Part shown: positions 37,771 through 51,568 of the stretch, piece after piece | Position numbering within the stretch: position 1 is the stretch's first letter | Layout of the letters: each line of letters begins with the position of its first letter | Assembly (NCBI RefSeq): GCF_009914755.1 | Contig: NC_060938.1 | Direction: 5' to 3' (one strand) | DNA length: 64,000 nucleotides | DNA from: the human T2T-CHM13v2.0 reference genome, Homo sapiens | Made by a program: the position numbers and the translations under genes | Notes under the pieces: generated by a model | The model's input: only the letters and a program-made list of their open reading frames with translations | What the model was told of the DNA's origin: nothing | Database searches by the model: none

Positions 37771-40700
37771 GTTTTGCTTGCCTGATTTTCTGTCATCAGA
37801 TTGTTCCAGGAGCAGTGATGCTCTTAATTAAGCTGAGATCTGAGGTGCTTAAAATGCAAAATTCACAGGCAAGCTGGCTAATGCCTGAGGCTGGAAAAGG
37901 AAAAGGATGCTCTTAACTTTCAGAACCCTAGACGCATCACACCATAAAAACACATTAATTCCTATGGAGCTAGCTCACAGGACCAAAGAGTGAAATCCAT
38001 TCGCAGTGAGAGGAGTTTATGACGAGCTAGACTACTGTGTGTCTTCTGCAAGCCAACTGGGACCTCAGGGGTTGCATTTAGCAATGAGGAGAGGCCACAA
38101 GGGGTCTCTTGGTATACCTCCCCTACCACATGAAGGTAGCCTGAACTCATGAGAGGATGAACCAGTGAGCTAATGAAGAAATCCCTAGGCAAGGAAGTTC
38201 TGGTTCTTAGAAAAGATGGGAGACCAAGAGCCCAACCATGGACCCAGCGATCACAAGTACATAAGGGGAGGTTGCAGTTGGCCTGGAAAAACCTTAGAAT
38301 TAGGCAGAAATGGTCTTTAGTACTCACCTCCCATTGTTCAACACACAGGTTGAAATTCTTCCCTTTGACACAACTTAGCTTTGACTTCTCCATTTAGGAC
38401 GTGGACTTTTCAGATATGGTCATATCACTCAGCTCTTGTCACTCAAACCCCCACTCATCCCCCTTTATTGCTGAGCAGATGTCTGCAAGTATCCACACCA
38501 CTTCTGCTCCTCCTTCTCTTTCCTTGCTCCTTGGAAACGCTGCATGTGTTCTCTAATCTGTGTCTAGACTCTCTGGAGTTACTTAAATAAACATCCGTGC
38601 TCATAGGGTATTGACAAGAACTCCGGGCCCTCTGATCTTCCTGAGACAATGATCCCTTTGTTGTCAATCCAAAACAGAGCTCCCAAGTTGAGTGAGGTCT
38701 GTAGGAGGGCAGGGCGCAGGAATTGTGGTACAACAGTGGGGGGAGTTCCAGTTACCCCACAGTCCTCTATTTAGCTTCTGCTCATATCCAGTTGAACTGG
38801 ACTTGGCATGACCTTTGCTTATGTATAAGGTGGTGTTATACCTACTAAGATAAAGCTGTATCTGTTTGGCAGGCCAACTATAAAAAACAAAAAAAAGGCA
38901 CCCACTTTGGGAGTCTGTCCACTTAGTCCTGCCCAGGTAGTTGCCTGGCTTGCAGATAGTAGTAGAGTTCCCACTACTGTTCACATGGGCTGGGTGCTCT
39001 TGTGCAGAGCACAATTTGTATGACAGTTCAGGGCAGCCCTGGATCTAGGTCTCAGTGCAGATAGAGGGGCTATGAGTCCATTTATTCCCTCCACTATGCC
39101 CCATCTGTGTCCTGGATCCCCAAATAGTGCTCTCCCAGCTTCTCTTCCTTTTCAGCCTAGCTGAAAGCCTTTTGCACCTCCTGGGTGCTGGAACCCAAAC
39201 CCACACTTGTTTATTTTGAAAGTTCTGGTGATTAGGTGACTTTGGTCTGCTAGTTGGATGGTTAGAATGTGATGGGAATGCAGATCTTTTGCCTTTATTG
39301 TCTCCAGAACCTGACTGTGTGAGCAGGAAAACCAGTCACAGCATCTCAATGACAGTATTCGTACAATCTGTGAAACAATTATTTTCCAATCAGGTTGTGC
39401 AGGGAGTGTGATATGCAGCTTGTCTTCTTGTGGGGAAGGATAGAACACCAAGTCACTGCCCAGTTCTGAGTAATTTCAGCCCCGAGCTCTGTCTAACCAT
39501 GTGCTGCTGATCAGCCTGATACCAGAACATTGTGTCTTCCCCCTGCTTCATTATTTTCCAGGGATGTTGGGTGCTGGCCTGGTAGCCTTTGACCCCACTC
39601 ATCCAGCTCATTTTTTGAAATAGACATTGACTGGTAAAGAAACACTTATCTCTCACTAAAACCCTTTCCTGAGTCAAAATTGCTTATTGTTCCCAGTGTC
39701 CTGGATACACCTGCAGATGTGCAGTGACACAGCCAGCGTGAAAAAACTGTAAAGCACATCATGTGTGTCTTTTGGGACTCCCTCTCCCTTACAGCAGTCA
39801 TCTTTTTCTGCCTCCTAGGACTCCTCTCCCTTCTCTTTGTACCAGTCTGGATCATTTTCTTATTCTTCCCCATGGACAAACTGATCTCAAATAGGGAATT
39901 ATCAGACAAACCAAGTGTTAACTGATAATGACTTAAGCCTTACTTCTCACAGCGTGCTGGCATTTTAAGTGGGGATTTGCCCCAAATGAATAAGGTCATA
40001 ACCATTAAAAGAGAGGTGATATTCTTCTGGCACTTTACAAAACCAGGGTGCCTCTATTCTCTAGGCTAGGCCTACTTACTGGTACTTAAAAATAAGCAAT
40101 GAGGTGGAAATTTCAGGACACCGAAAGACCTACAGGCCAGTCAGGTTGTACCGAATGACATTTGACTCTCTGTTCAGACAGTGCACACTGTTCATACAGT
40201 TTCATGCATCTTTCTGTTCTCTGTTGCTTTTTACGCAATATCTTTCTTTTCACAATTTGAACAGATCTCAACCCTCCAAATGCTTGGGTTGAAGGTGGAT
40301 GAGGAAGGTTGGTTCACAAGCAGCCACTTGTTCACTATGCTCTCAGCCTTTCTGTGTAGTCCTCTGAGATGGACAGCATTGGCCATAAGGACAGGGTGAT
40401 CTCATTTTCAGCATGTTTAACTCTGGACATGTTTTCTGTTCTTTAACAGCACATTAAACATCAGGGTGACACAGTTTTGAACTGAGATTTTGCACAGAAA
40501 ATTTACAAGCATCTCCTTTTTTCTTTTGGCAATGATGTGAAATTTGTCTTTCTGAAGTAAATGGGCTTACCAGATCTTGATGAACTTTACTTGGCTTGAG
40601 AACAACGCTTAAGAGTCCTATTAATTCTATGGTTTTTTTCCCCCAAGCAAGAGCAATAGTTTACTAACTATTTTAGTTGTTAAGAGGAGGAAGAAGATTA

Positions 40701-40929
40701 TATAAAAGGAAATTCAATTAAGTGCCTGTTAAAGTGAATAGAGTCTTTGATTTAGATGGGGGCCTCTGCCAAACCTCCTTTATTTAACAATATATCCGTA
40801 ATTTTGTTTATTAAATTGAAAGCCTACAACGTGCCAAGTTATACACAACAAGCTGAAGTTATAAAGATGGAGACAATGCATTTTCTACTCTCAAGGAGCT
40901 TGTTTGTTATTGCAAAAGACTGAGTAGTC

Positions 40930-41072
40930 TAGGTGTCTGGGCTTCAGCTTCCCTAGTATAAAATGGGGGTAACAGCAAAACTGTACATTGGGCTGCTATG
41001 ATGATTAAATAAGGTGAGATTGTAAAGAAATCAGGACATTTCCTGGCACATATTAAGTGCTTTATGCGTGTT
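40930..41072 (+). mobile_element. MIR fragment
   Basis: CTTCAGCTTCCCTAGTATAAAATGGGGGTAAC...GATTAAATAAGGTG...CCTGGCACATATTAAGTGCT. Confidence 0.75.
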
Positions 41073-41559
41073 TCAACAAAATACAAGCTAAAACGTGTGA
41101 TAAGAACATCGACTGGGAATGTGCACATACACATGGGTGGGAAGAAACTGCTCCAGAAGGCATCAAGGGTTTAGAAGGGGAGAGTGTGATGGTTGGGGCT
41201 GGCTTCACCCATGGAAGTGTGGAGACTTTATCTGGGTGTTGAATGATGAGTAAGAGTTCAGTATATAGAGAAATAGGGTGTTCCCAAGAAAAGAAAGAAC
41301 ACAGATGTTGTAACTCAAAGAGCCCTGTCTAGAACATTCTGCGCAGAAGCCTTCCCTGACTACTTGCTCACCCCACTGGATTAGTTCAAATCAGGCACTC
41401 TGCAGCACTTGGTACAGACCTCTTTCTCATCATTATCTCAACATTTTCTAGCCATTTTCCTCTAATATTTATTCAACAGCATATATTGAGTACCAGCTTT
41501 GTGTCAGGCCTTGCACTGGGCTGTCTGTTCTCAGGAACTCGTAGAAAAATAACAGATTT

Positions 41560-41858
41560 GGCTGGGTTTCGTGGCTCATGCCTGTAATCCCAGCACTTTG
41601 GGAAGCTGAGGCAGGCAGATCACGAGGTCAGGAGTTTGAGACCAGCCTGGCCAATATGGTGAAACCCCCTCTCTACTAAAAATAAAAAAAAATTAGCCAG
41701 GCGTGGTGGTGCATGCCTGTAGTCCCAGCTACTCAGGAGGCTGGGGAAGAAGAATCGCTTGAACTTGGCGGGTGGAGGCTGCAGTGAGCCGAGATTGCGG
41801 CACTGCACTCCAGCTTGGGCAAGAGAGTGAGACTCCGTCTCAAAAAAAAAAAAAAAAA
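41560..41858 (+). mobile_element. Alu (AluS, Sg/Sc-like)
   Basis: Full dimer with GATCACGAGGTCAGGAG and a poly-A tail. Confidence 0.97.
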
Positions 41859-42124
41859 GATGCTTTCTCTCTGGCACCAGGAGTTCCCATAGCACACTGC
41901 TTGGCTCAGTATAGCAGTTTAAAAGAACACTTTTGAAAGAATTTATGTATGCATTAGTAAGGTATCTTTCTAATCCCCAGGTTTTTGATACTTAAAGAAT
42001 TGTCTTTAACTGAGAAACTCAGGTATATAGGGCTTACCGTCAGGGGAATAACTGGGCAAAAAAAGATAACTCTTGTGTTCACTATTTCTGGGATCTGTTT
42101 ATTCAAACCTGTGTAGAGTTGACT

Positions 42125-42280
42125 TTTTAATTTCTTAATTTTATTTTCAACTTTTTATTTGGTAGAGACAGGGTCTTACTATGTTGCCCAGGCTGGTGTT
42201 GAATTTCTGGCCTCAAGAAATTCTCCTGCTTCAGCCTCCTAAAGAGCGGGGATTACAGGTGTGAGCCACTGCCCCTGGCC
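42125..42280 (-). mobile_element. FLAM / Alu left monomer
   Basis: GTAGAGACAGGGTCTTACTATGTTGCCCAGGCTGG...GTGAGCCACTGCCCCTGGCC; degenerate flanking repeat AGAGTTGACTTTTTA / AGAATTGATTTTTA. Confidence 0.9.
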
Positions 42281-42765
42281 AAAGAATTGATTTTTATAAA
42301 GAGCTCGTAGCACCTCAAAGGAGGAAGAACCATTGAATATCATTAGTATCTCCTTAGGAGAACTTTTTAAATGATCTGTCAATTTAGCTGAACAATTACA
42401 TGTGGTAGCTGTTTGCTGGAGCCAGCTTGTGGATTCTGAAGTCTGTGTCTATTTTATATAGACTCTGTCTGTTTCATCATTGGGGTCACAACAGTATTTT
42501 GAAAGGAAGAGACCCTCTGAAGTGCGATTGGGGGATGGAAGTGTGCTTGTGCCAGGGCTGGGGTGTTTGTAAGCAGGATCACAAAGCTGCTTGGCAATTT
42601 TCAATCTCAGGAATCCTGTGTTAGGGGAAATAACAGCCATGCAACAGTTCTTTAAAACAATTCAACATTTCTCATTTTGCCCTGTTGTAGTGAAGATGGG
42701 TTTTACTCATGACTATCTCAGTTACAGCAGAAAACTCAGATATTTTAAATCAGATCATGAAGAGC

Positions 42766-43183
<418 letters not shown>

Positions 43184-44499
43184 TTATATTTTGGATTCTA
43201 TTAAATCACAAATGTATAAGATATAATGATAAAATGTAAAAGATATAACAACATACAAGATATATTAATACAACAACATACAAGATATATTAATACATTG
43301 TACTTTGTAGAAGCTATCTCTGTGGATTATCTGAGTGTGACCTATCATCTCTTTTTCCTTCCTTTCCTTCTGTCCTTCCCTGCCTTCCACCTTCCTTTCT
43401 TCTCTGTATAGCTTTTTGTTGTTGTTGTTGAGGAGTCTCAAATTATTGGGACATAAAGACAAAATAATCTTTTACTCCCAACAACTAACCTCAACTGTAC
43501 CTTACGGATCCTTAAGAACATCAAAATCTGATTCCATAACTTTTGGGGCATGGCTACCAAAAAAGTTTCATTCAGTTTTTTTAAGGCTTATTCTATTTAT
43601 TTAAAAACTGAAATTTCATATTTAGCTCAAAGCCACCCTCCCTTCCCCATTTCAGACTAGATTTTCATTACTACCCTTGTTCATACTCCCCTTACCCACC
43701 ACCTTCCGTCTGCTTTTACTCTGAGGTTGGGCTGGCTGGAGAGACAGCATGATGTGGCTTCTGTACTCTCCTTTGTGGTCATGACCAGCCAGTGTTCAAG
43801 CTCTTGTCTTGATGTGGACAGGTGGGGCCGGCTTCCCTGGGCACTAGTGGTTCCCTGAGGGTCTGTGGCATCATGTGGGTGTTCATGGGCAGCAGCATCA
43901 CACCACATCCCTCTGACATGCACTCTTCTTTGTACCACTGTGAGCTCCCCATCTCATCTACTCTTCATGGCTATCATATCTGGCGTCTGTTGCTAGGAAG
44001 TGATTTGGCTTCTGTAACTTTTAGGATCTCAGGGAGCAGGAATTTAGGGAAGAGACCCATACCATATAACAGTCCCACACTTGTAACATGCCTGGTGGTT
44101 TGGCAAAGATTCAAGCACAGAATGATTGAATATTTCAGTATTCCTGTCTTTCAGTTCCCCTAAAACTCAAGTGATTATTCTCAGAGCCTCTCTTGGCTTT
44201 ATTGTGGGTTTATCATCTCATGGGAAGGTCAGGAGAGGAGAGATTTCTCTTTTCCGGAACTCTAAATTTCAAAGACTAGCTTTCTCCATCCAGTTGCCTG
44301 CTTATGTACTGGGGTCTTGAAATATTGGGATGATCCTGTTATGCAGGTTCTGTTTAACAAGCTTCTATTATCAAGCCCCACTGGTGGAATGTGGCTGCCC
44401 TGGCAGCCTGTAGTTCTCTTGTCCTTGAATATAGAGTACCCAGAATGCTTTCTGGGGAAATAGAAAAATCCCCCTTTCACCTAACAGGATCCTAATAGA

Positions 44500-45490
44500 G
44501 ATTGATTCATTCGTCACCTATTCCTTAGGCTAAGCATTGTGCTAAACACTGGCAATAGAGCGATAGTTCCTATTCTCACAGTGTTTATGGTTTAGTGGGG
44601 AGACGTCAACAGATAGAATATGGTAGAGATGCACTGAGAACAAAAGGAGAGGTTCCAGGGTACAGGGGATTGGAGCTAGGAAAAGGATTCAGAGGAGATT
44701 GCCAGAGGTGAGGCTGGTAGAACGACCAAATCTTGAAGGGTGTTGGTATGGCAGACAAGGTAAATAGGGCATTCCTGGCACAGGAGATGACGCTTGCAAA
44801 GTCTGAGAAGCTTGATAGTGTCACTTAGTCAAGGAAATGGAAGGAAATCCATATAATCCAGGAGTGGGTGTTCCAAGGGAAATGGCAAGGATGATGCAGC
44901 AGAGGGAGGCAGGTGAGAGCAACTTCATAGAGGGTCTTGGCTACTATACTTAGTTACCAAGAACACTAGAAGAATCTAATGGTGGCTAGAATGGTGATCA
45001 CATATTACATGATCAGATGTGTATTTTCTAAAGATTTCTGAAAGAGCTAAGGAGAGTGGAACCAGTTTTTGTATGAGCAGGTGGATGGTGATAAACACTG
45101 GAAGCAGGAACACCAATAAGCAGGTGATTTTCATAATTTGCTTAGGAAATTATAGTTTGTGCACAAAGGCAGCAATGGTAAGGATGGAAAGAAGGAAATG
45201 AACATGAGAGATACTGATTTTTTTTTCAGACAGAATTGACCCAATTCAGTGACTGAGTGTGGAGAGAAGAGAGACAGGGGCCTGTGAGAGCTCTCAGATT
45301 TCTGGCCGGGGTCATGAATGTTGTGGTGGTGTTCATGGGGAGAGGACATCAAGTCGAGAAACTCATTTGGAAGGAAAGGTGATTTCAGTTTTGGATGTGT
45401 TGGATTTGAAATACCTGTGGCATGTGGACGGGGCAATGTTTATAGGCACTTGAATAAACTGACTCAAAGGAGATGGAAGAGGGCTGAAGA
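44500..45490 (-). mobile_element. L2 fragment
   Basis: Starts ATTCATTC...CATTGTGCTAAACACTGG; contains TTCAGTTTTGGATGTGTTGGATTTGAAATACCTGTGG, typical antisense L2. Confidence 0.8.
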
Positions 45491-46379
45491 CACAGAAATA
45501 GGTGGGATAGCGCATCGGTGCCTGCTGATGCCTTCACACCAGCTGCCTGGGGACCAGCAGAGATGAATAAGACCTAGACAACTGATTTTATGGATAAATT
45601 CACATGATCCTTTAGAAACATTTGTAAGATTATTACAAATACATTGGCAAGTAAAGAAAAAAGTCTTTGGTTAGGCTACTTGTTTTGAGTTTTGGGTCCA
45701 AATACATGGTCTGAGGTAGCGAATGACATCTCAAGGTCCCTTCGCATATGAGGATTGCAGGAGCCCTGGTGAACACAGGGAGGTATTTTTAAGTGAAGCT
45801 CTATCATACAATTACAACTGTAGGACAGAAGAGAAATCAGACTTTGAGCTGAGATAGCATTTTTCCCCTCCCCTTCGATTTCAGCTTTCACTGAATTTGG
45901 AAATCATATCTTTCTTTATGTGGGTCAAGGACTTGAGCAGAAAAGGCTAAGTGAGCTCAGTGCAAAACAGCATGTTCAGATGTTTGCATTAATCCCCTCA
46001 AATCACTCACCCGAAGAAAGTAGAAAGAAAAGACAAAAATGAAGTTCTTGTTAACAGATGGTTATCTTTTTGCCCCCCCCGCCTTTTTACTTTAAACTTA
46101 GCTACTACAATCATTCTGAAACCATGCTTCTTTGGTAAGTGGATAACTGGCATTAACGACTTTTGTTGTCATAGCTATTGAATTCCCTGCTTCCCCAGAA
46201 TCTAAACTTCCTGGGAAAAGTATCAGATAGTCTCAGGATTTCAGTTTCTTTCAGTTGTTCACAACCGGGTAAATACACTGTAAGTAGAACAATCCTTTAT
46301 GAGTATATAAGCCAAGCAGAACAGTTTAATTAATTAATAATAATTCTATGTTTAATTTTATAGAAAAATCTTAGGATTC

Positions 46380-46860
46380 TAACAGATAAATCAGCATAGG
46401 ACATAAACATTCATTTTTCAGAAAAAAAATTTAGAGAAGAATATAGGAAACTTCTATACATACCTAGTCGTCAGAGGCCTAAAATATAAACAAAATTTAA
46501 GATGCATTTAAAATCGTATTAAATTACAAAAGCATCTTTTAAATGATAAATTTCAATCCTGAGAAGTATTTGATGAAATGTTTTCACCATTATTCTCTAG
46601 TGGCAGTATAAACGGCAGAACGGTTTTGTAAGTAACAAAATAGGATACTTTAAAAGCTATAAAAATGTTCACATTATTTGGCTTAGCAATCCCACTCTGG
46701 GTGTTACTTTAAGAAAATACTCTAGAAGAAATATAAAATCCACATACTAGAAATTGTCATTGTTGTGTTAACTATTAGGAGCAATTGGAAAAAATCTCAA
46801 GGCCCTAAATGAATCCAAATTTGATTTAGCAAATTATGGTATTTGACTCAATATAAAGTT
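46380..46860 (+). mobile_element. Old L1ME-like fragment
   Basis: TAGAGAAGAATATAGG...GTGGCAGTATAAAC...AGCAATCCCACTCTGGG; diverged ORF2 end. Confidence 0.55.
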
Positions 46861-47746
46861 AAAAAGATTTATAATTGTTTAGACAATATAGAAACCAGAA
46901 AACTGGTTATAGATACTTCAGGAAGAAAAAAAAGAAATGTGAAGAAATTTTGTTTTACCTTGTAATTCCAACCACCAAACAAAAAATAAGTTCTGCTCTC
47001 TGTTTCTCTTTGACTGGAAAGTGAGCGCTTCACAGCTAGAAACTCTGTCCTAGTCATCATATTTCTCCAGCGCTCAGTGAATGTCTGCCAAATTGAATCT
47101 AATCTGTGCAAATCAAATATGTACAAATGGAATGGGTAGGGAATTTAAAGAAACTTTTCACTGAAAAATTTCCTAATGCCACTTCATATGTGCCATCATA
47201 TGAGACACAAAGATATAAAATATTTTCTGAAATTTTTAAGGATAAAATGATTGTTGGGAAAGGTACATTTCATGACAGTATCATATATTTTACAGGAAAT
47301 ATATTTTATATATTTTTATGGGAAATTTATTTGTTCATATACATGTATTAGAGTTTAGAAAATCATATGTCATGGATATATTATGAGTATGATCATGTAT
47401 ATTCTAGTCCTGAAAAAGTGTAAAATCATAGTTATTTGTACATAGTTGTTTGTGTACAGCAAATATGTTGTGTGTCAAGTAGTAACAGGCAAAAAACACA
47501 ATACATTACTGGTAAATGAAGTTTTATATCATGTGGTTCTATAAAATCAAATATTGGTAATACATTGCAGAAAATTACGTTAACTTATAAAAAGCAAACT
47601 AAGTTAAATGAGTACATTTAATGAATCCTACTATATTGCATATATTACATGGAGCCAAAACTAATATATCACAAATACTGGTGCAAAGTAAATGGAAACA
47701 AAATAAATTTGCATGAATTTCTATGCAGAAGTGCTTAGTACCTGTT

Positions 47747-47967
47747 CAGGGTTTCTCAGTCTCAGTGCTGTTGGCATTTTTGGGCTGGATAAGTCTGTCA
47801 TGTGGTAGAATGTTTAGCATGTTGTAGAGTGTTTAGCATGCTGTAGAGTGTTTAGCAGCTTCCTGGACTCTATTCATTAGAGGCCAGTAGCAACTTCACC
47901 CAAATATGACAACTAAAAGTGTCTCCAGACATTGCCAAATATCCCTTGGGAGGCAAAATCACTCCCT
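47747..47967. mobile_element. MER20 (hAT-Charlie) with an internal 19-bp triplication
   Basis: CAGGGTTTCTCAGTCTCAG...GTCTCCAGACATTGCCAAATATCCCTTGGGAGGCAAAATCACTCCC. Confidence 0.88.
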
Positions 47968-48432
47968 GTATTAACCAGGGATCTCCAAAGAAACAGAACC
48001 AATAGGATACCTACCTACCTACCTACCTACCCACCTACCTACCTATCTACCTGTGAGGTGATTTACTATGTGAATTGGCTCAGATGACAAGGGAGGCTAA
48101 GGAGTCTTGTGATATGATATCTGCAAGATACAAAACCAGGAAAGTCAGTGGTGTAATTCAGTGTGAATTAAAAGGCACAAGAACTAGAGTAGGTAATGGT
48201 AAAAGTCTAAGTCTGAGTTTGAAGGCTCAGGAACTAGGAGCACTGATGCCCAAAAGCAGGAGAAAATGGATGCCTCAGCTCCAACAGAGAGAGCAAATTT
48301 GCCTTACACTGCCATTTTGTTCTATTTGGACTCCCAGTGGATTGGATGAGCCTACCCACATTGATGAGCTTAATCTTGTTTACTCAGTCCAAGGATCCAA
48401 ATGCTAAGCTCTTCCAGAAACATCCTCACAGA
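47968..48432 (-). mobile_element. MLT2-like LTR (ERVL) carrying a (CTAC)n tract at ~48008-48051
   Basis: TGTATTAACCAGGGATCTCCAAAGAAACAGAACCAATAGGA...GAATTGGCTCA...CTCTTCCAGAAACATCCTCACAGA. Confidence 0.85.
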
Positions 48433-48433
48433 T

Positions 48434-48803
48434 TGCTATGGTTTGAATGTTTTTGTTCCTCCAAAATTCATGTTGACACATAATTCCTAATACAGCAGTA
48501 TTAAGAGGTGGGGGCTTTATGAAGTGATTAGGCCATGAGGACTTTGCAGCCCTCTTGAATAGGATTAGCGACTCTTCAAAAGTGCTTGAGGGGTGACTTC
48601 ATTCACTCCATGCCTTCCACCACGTGAGGACCCAGCAACAAGACACCATCTTGTAAGCAAAGAGCAAGCCCTTACTAGACACTGCATCTGCTGGCACCTT
48701 GATCTTGGACTTCCCAGCCTCCACAACTGTGAGAAATACAGTTGTATTCTTTGTAAGTTACCCAGTCTAAGATATTTTGTTATGGCAGCATGAACTCAAC
48801 ACA
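48434..48803 (+). mobile_element. MST/MLT1A-like solo LTR inserted in MLT2
   Basis: TGCTATGGTTTGAATGTTT...CCAAAATTCATGTTG...TTACCCAGTCTAAGATATTTTGTTATGGCAGCA. Confidence 0.85.
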
Positions 48804-49349
48804 CAGCACAGACAAATATTATTATATGAGAACATAATAAAAATAGAAAAAAAATTTGATGAATTTAAATAGAAATATTATGGTAGTGCCTCCATTACTT
48901 TTGACCTACCAATTATATAGTAGAAAAATATTTAGATCTAACATGTTCTGGATATATTCCAATCTCTGTCTCATGGCAGATGGTAGGCTCTATTTTTTGT
49001 TAAGAAAATTGCTGTTAGAACATGAACTTCACAGGGGTGATGTTTGTGTTTTGCTTTTAGTTTATTCTAGTCCTGATCTTGAGTGCTTGGATATAATATA
49101 ACTTTGATTCTTCCCTCACCCACTTTCCTCCTCCTTTTTCTCTTCCTCCTCCTCCTCCCTTTTTCTCTCTCTCTTTCTTGTGTATCGGTAGAAAAATGCA
49201 TCTTACATTCTTGTAAATATTATAATTTTAAAAATGTGATTAAATAATTTTAACCTCTGCAATGTACATGAAGATGCTCTTCTGTCTGTAGACACTAGAG
49301 TATCTTTCTTGTAGACCTTCAGCCTTCAGAGATCTTGTAGACTGTGGAG

Positions 49350-49585
49350 GTCATAGCACTGTCAGAAAACATAGACTTTGAAGTCAGCTAGGCATGTTTT
49401 GAAGCTTTGTTTCTGAAATAAATTAGCCAAGTATTGTGAGAAAACTTCTTAATCTCTGAGTCTCTCTTATCATAACAATTGGGTTAATAATACTGCATTA
49501 TAGAGTGATTTTGGAGAGCCAAAGGATGATTCTCCTGAAGTACCTGGCACTGTATCCAGGCATACAGTGGGCAGTTATGTTAATT
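49350..49585 (+). mobile_element. MIR fragment
   Basis: AGACTTTGAAGTCAG...CTTAATCTCTGAGTCTC...CCTGGCACTG. Confidence 0.6.
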
Positions 49586-49957
49586 ACCTTCACATCTTCT
49601 TTCTTTTATGAAATACTGCAGGTCACAGAGCACCAGGGCTTCGAAAACAGCCATACCCTGCTGTATTAGCTTGCTAAAGCTGCCATAACAAAATATCACA
49701 GATGGGGTGGCTTAAATGCCAAGTTAATTTACTCAGGATTCTTGAGGCTGGGAGCCTAAGATCAAGGAGCCAGCAGGGTTGGTTCCTTCTGAGGCTTCTC
49801 TGCCTGGCTTGTAGGTGGCCATCTTTTCCCTGTGTCTGTGTGTCATCTTCCTTCTGTCCATGTCTGCGTCTAATTTTTTTTTCTTGTAAGGACACTGGTC
49901 ATAGTAGACTGAGGCCCACCCTAATCATGTAATTGTAACTGAAATGATACTCTGTAA

Positions 49958-50098
49958 CCCATTTATACTGGAGGTTGCAATTTTTTGAATTGCAGACATG
50001 TGTGAAAAATCAGACTTTGGTGATGACCTTGAGCAGTAGGACATAAATAACTCCCACATGCTTAGTGTTCCAATAATGGAACACTAGGCCTAAATGGG
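49958..50098 (-). mobile_element. MER85 piggyBac MITE
   Basis: Termini CCCATTTA...TAAATGGG; degenerate TTAA target (GTAA left, TTTTAA right); internal palindrome GTTCCAATAATGGAAC; 141 bp. Confidence 0.92.
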
Positions 50099-50129
50099 TT
50101 TTAAAGATCCCATCTCCAAATATGGTCAC

Positions 50130-50485
50130 TGTATTAGTCTGTTCTCATGCTGCTAATAAATACATACCCAAGACTGGGTAATTTATAAAGGAAAGAGGTT
50201 TAATTGACTCACAGTTCCACATGGTTGAAGAGGCCTCCCAATCATGGCTAAAGGTAAATGAGGAGCAAAGTCACATCTTACACGGTGGCAGGCAAGAGAG
50301 CTTGTGCAGGGGAACTCCCATTTATAAAACCATCAGATCTTGTGAGACCCATTCACTACCACAAGAATGGTATGGGGGAAACTGTCCCTATGATTCAATT
50401 ATCTCTACCTGTCCCGGCCCTCAACACATGGATGTTATTACAATTTAAGGTGAGATTCTGGTGGGGACACAGCCAAACCATATCA
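50130..50485 (-). mobile_element. THE1 (C-like) solo LTR
   Basis: TGTATTAGTCTGTTCTCATGCTGCTAATAAA...GGGGACACAGCCAAACCATATCA; TSD GTCAC / GCCAC. Confidence 0.93.
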
Positions 50486-51202
50486 GCCACCTTCTGAGGT
50501 TCCCTGGAGATTTGGATGTCAACATGCAAATTTTGGGGAAGACAAATTTCAGCCCATGCCCTGCCCTCCTCCTCATGTTGAACTTTAGAGAAGTGCTCCA
50601 AAAAGAAACTCTGCTGGGACTCTGATAAACCCACGATAACAGTACCCCTCATTCACTATTAGTTGCTTTTTCCTATGTGTTCTAACAGTTTTGTCAGTAA
50701 TTGCAAAAGCACACACTTAGCTGACATGTGTTTAGTGAATATGCTATTGATCATACCATTTATTCTTTTAATCTTTTACTCACACAGTTAGTGGGTCTGT
50801 CCACAAATATCTATTGAGAATGCACTGTGTCCCAGGCACTACACTAGGCCTTTAGAGATGAGCAGAACACAAAGTATTTGCTTTTGGGAGCTCAGAGTCA
50901 TGAGAGACAGAAGGAGGGAGAGAGAAAGAGACTCAGAAATAGACAATTCTGAAACAATGTAGTTGTGCAAGAGAGAAAAGATATTATATCAAAATGAAAT
51001 AATTATAGTGTTACATTAATATTATAAATGAAGTTGGAAAATTTCCTGTGCAGGGTGAGACTGAGAGTTAAGGGTTAGGTTTTGAGAACTACAGTTCAGC
51101 CATTCCTTATCCACATCCTAAAATAAAGCTAATCTTAGACTATCAGCTTGCTTATCATAAGGATGAAAGTCAGAAGGTTAGATAATTAGGAAATTGGACT
51201 AA

Positions 51203-51568
<366 letters not shown>

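Larger units (their letters stand above)
49662..50559 (-). mobile_element. MLT1 (B/C-like) solo LTR hosting MER85 and a THE1 LTR
   Basis: TGTATTAGCTTGCTAAAGCTGCCATAACAAAATATCAC...; resumes after each insertion; candidate TSD CCTGC (49657-49661 / 50560-50564). Confidence 0.85.

Noticed and set aside
39530-39640. Possible plus-strand exon (TCATTATTTTCCAG|GGATG ... GACTG|GTAAAG)
   Set aside because: Weak donor and no supporting reading frame or partner exons; cannot be supported from sequence alone.
47106-47351. 81-aa ORF with protein-like composition
   Set aside because: Non-ATG start, AT-rich, no recognisable domain; consistent with a chance ORF.
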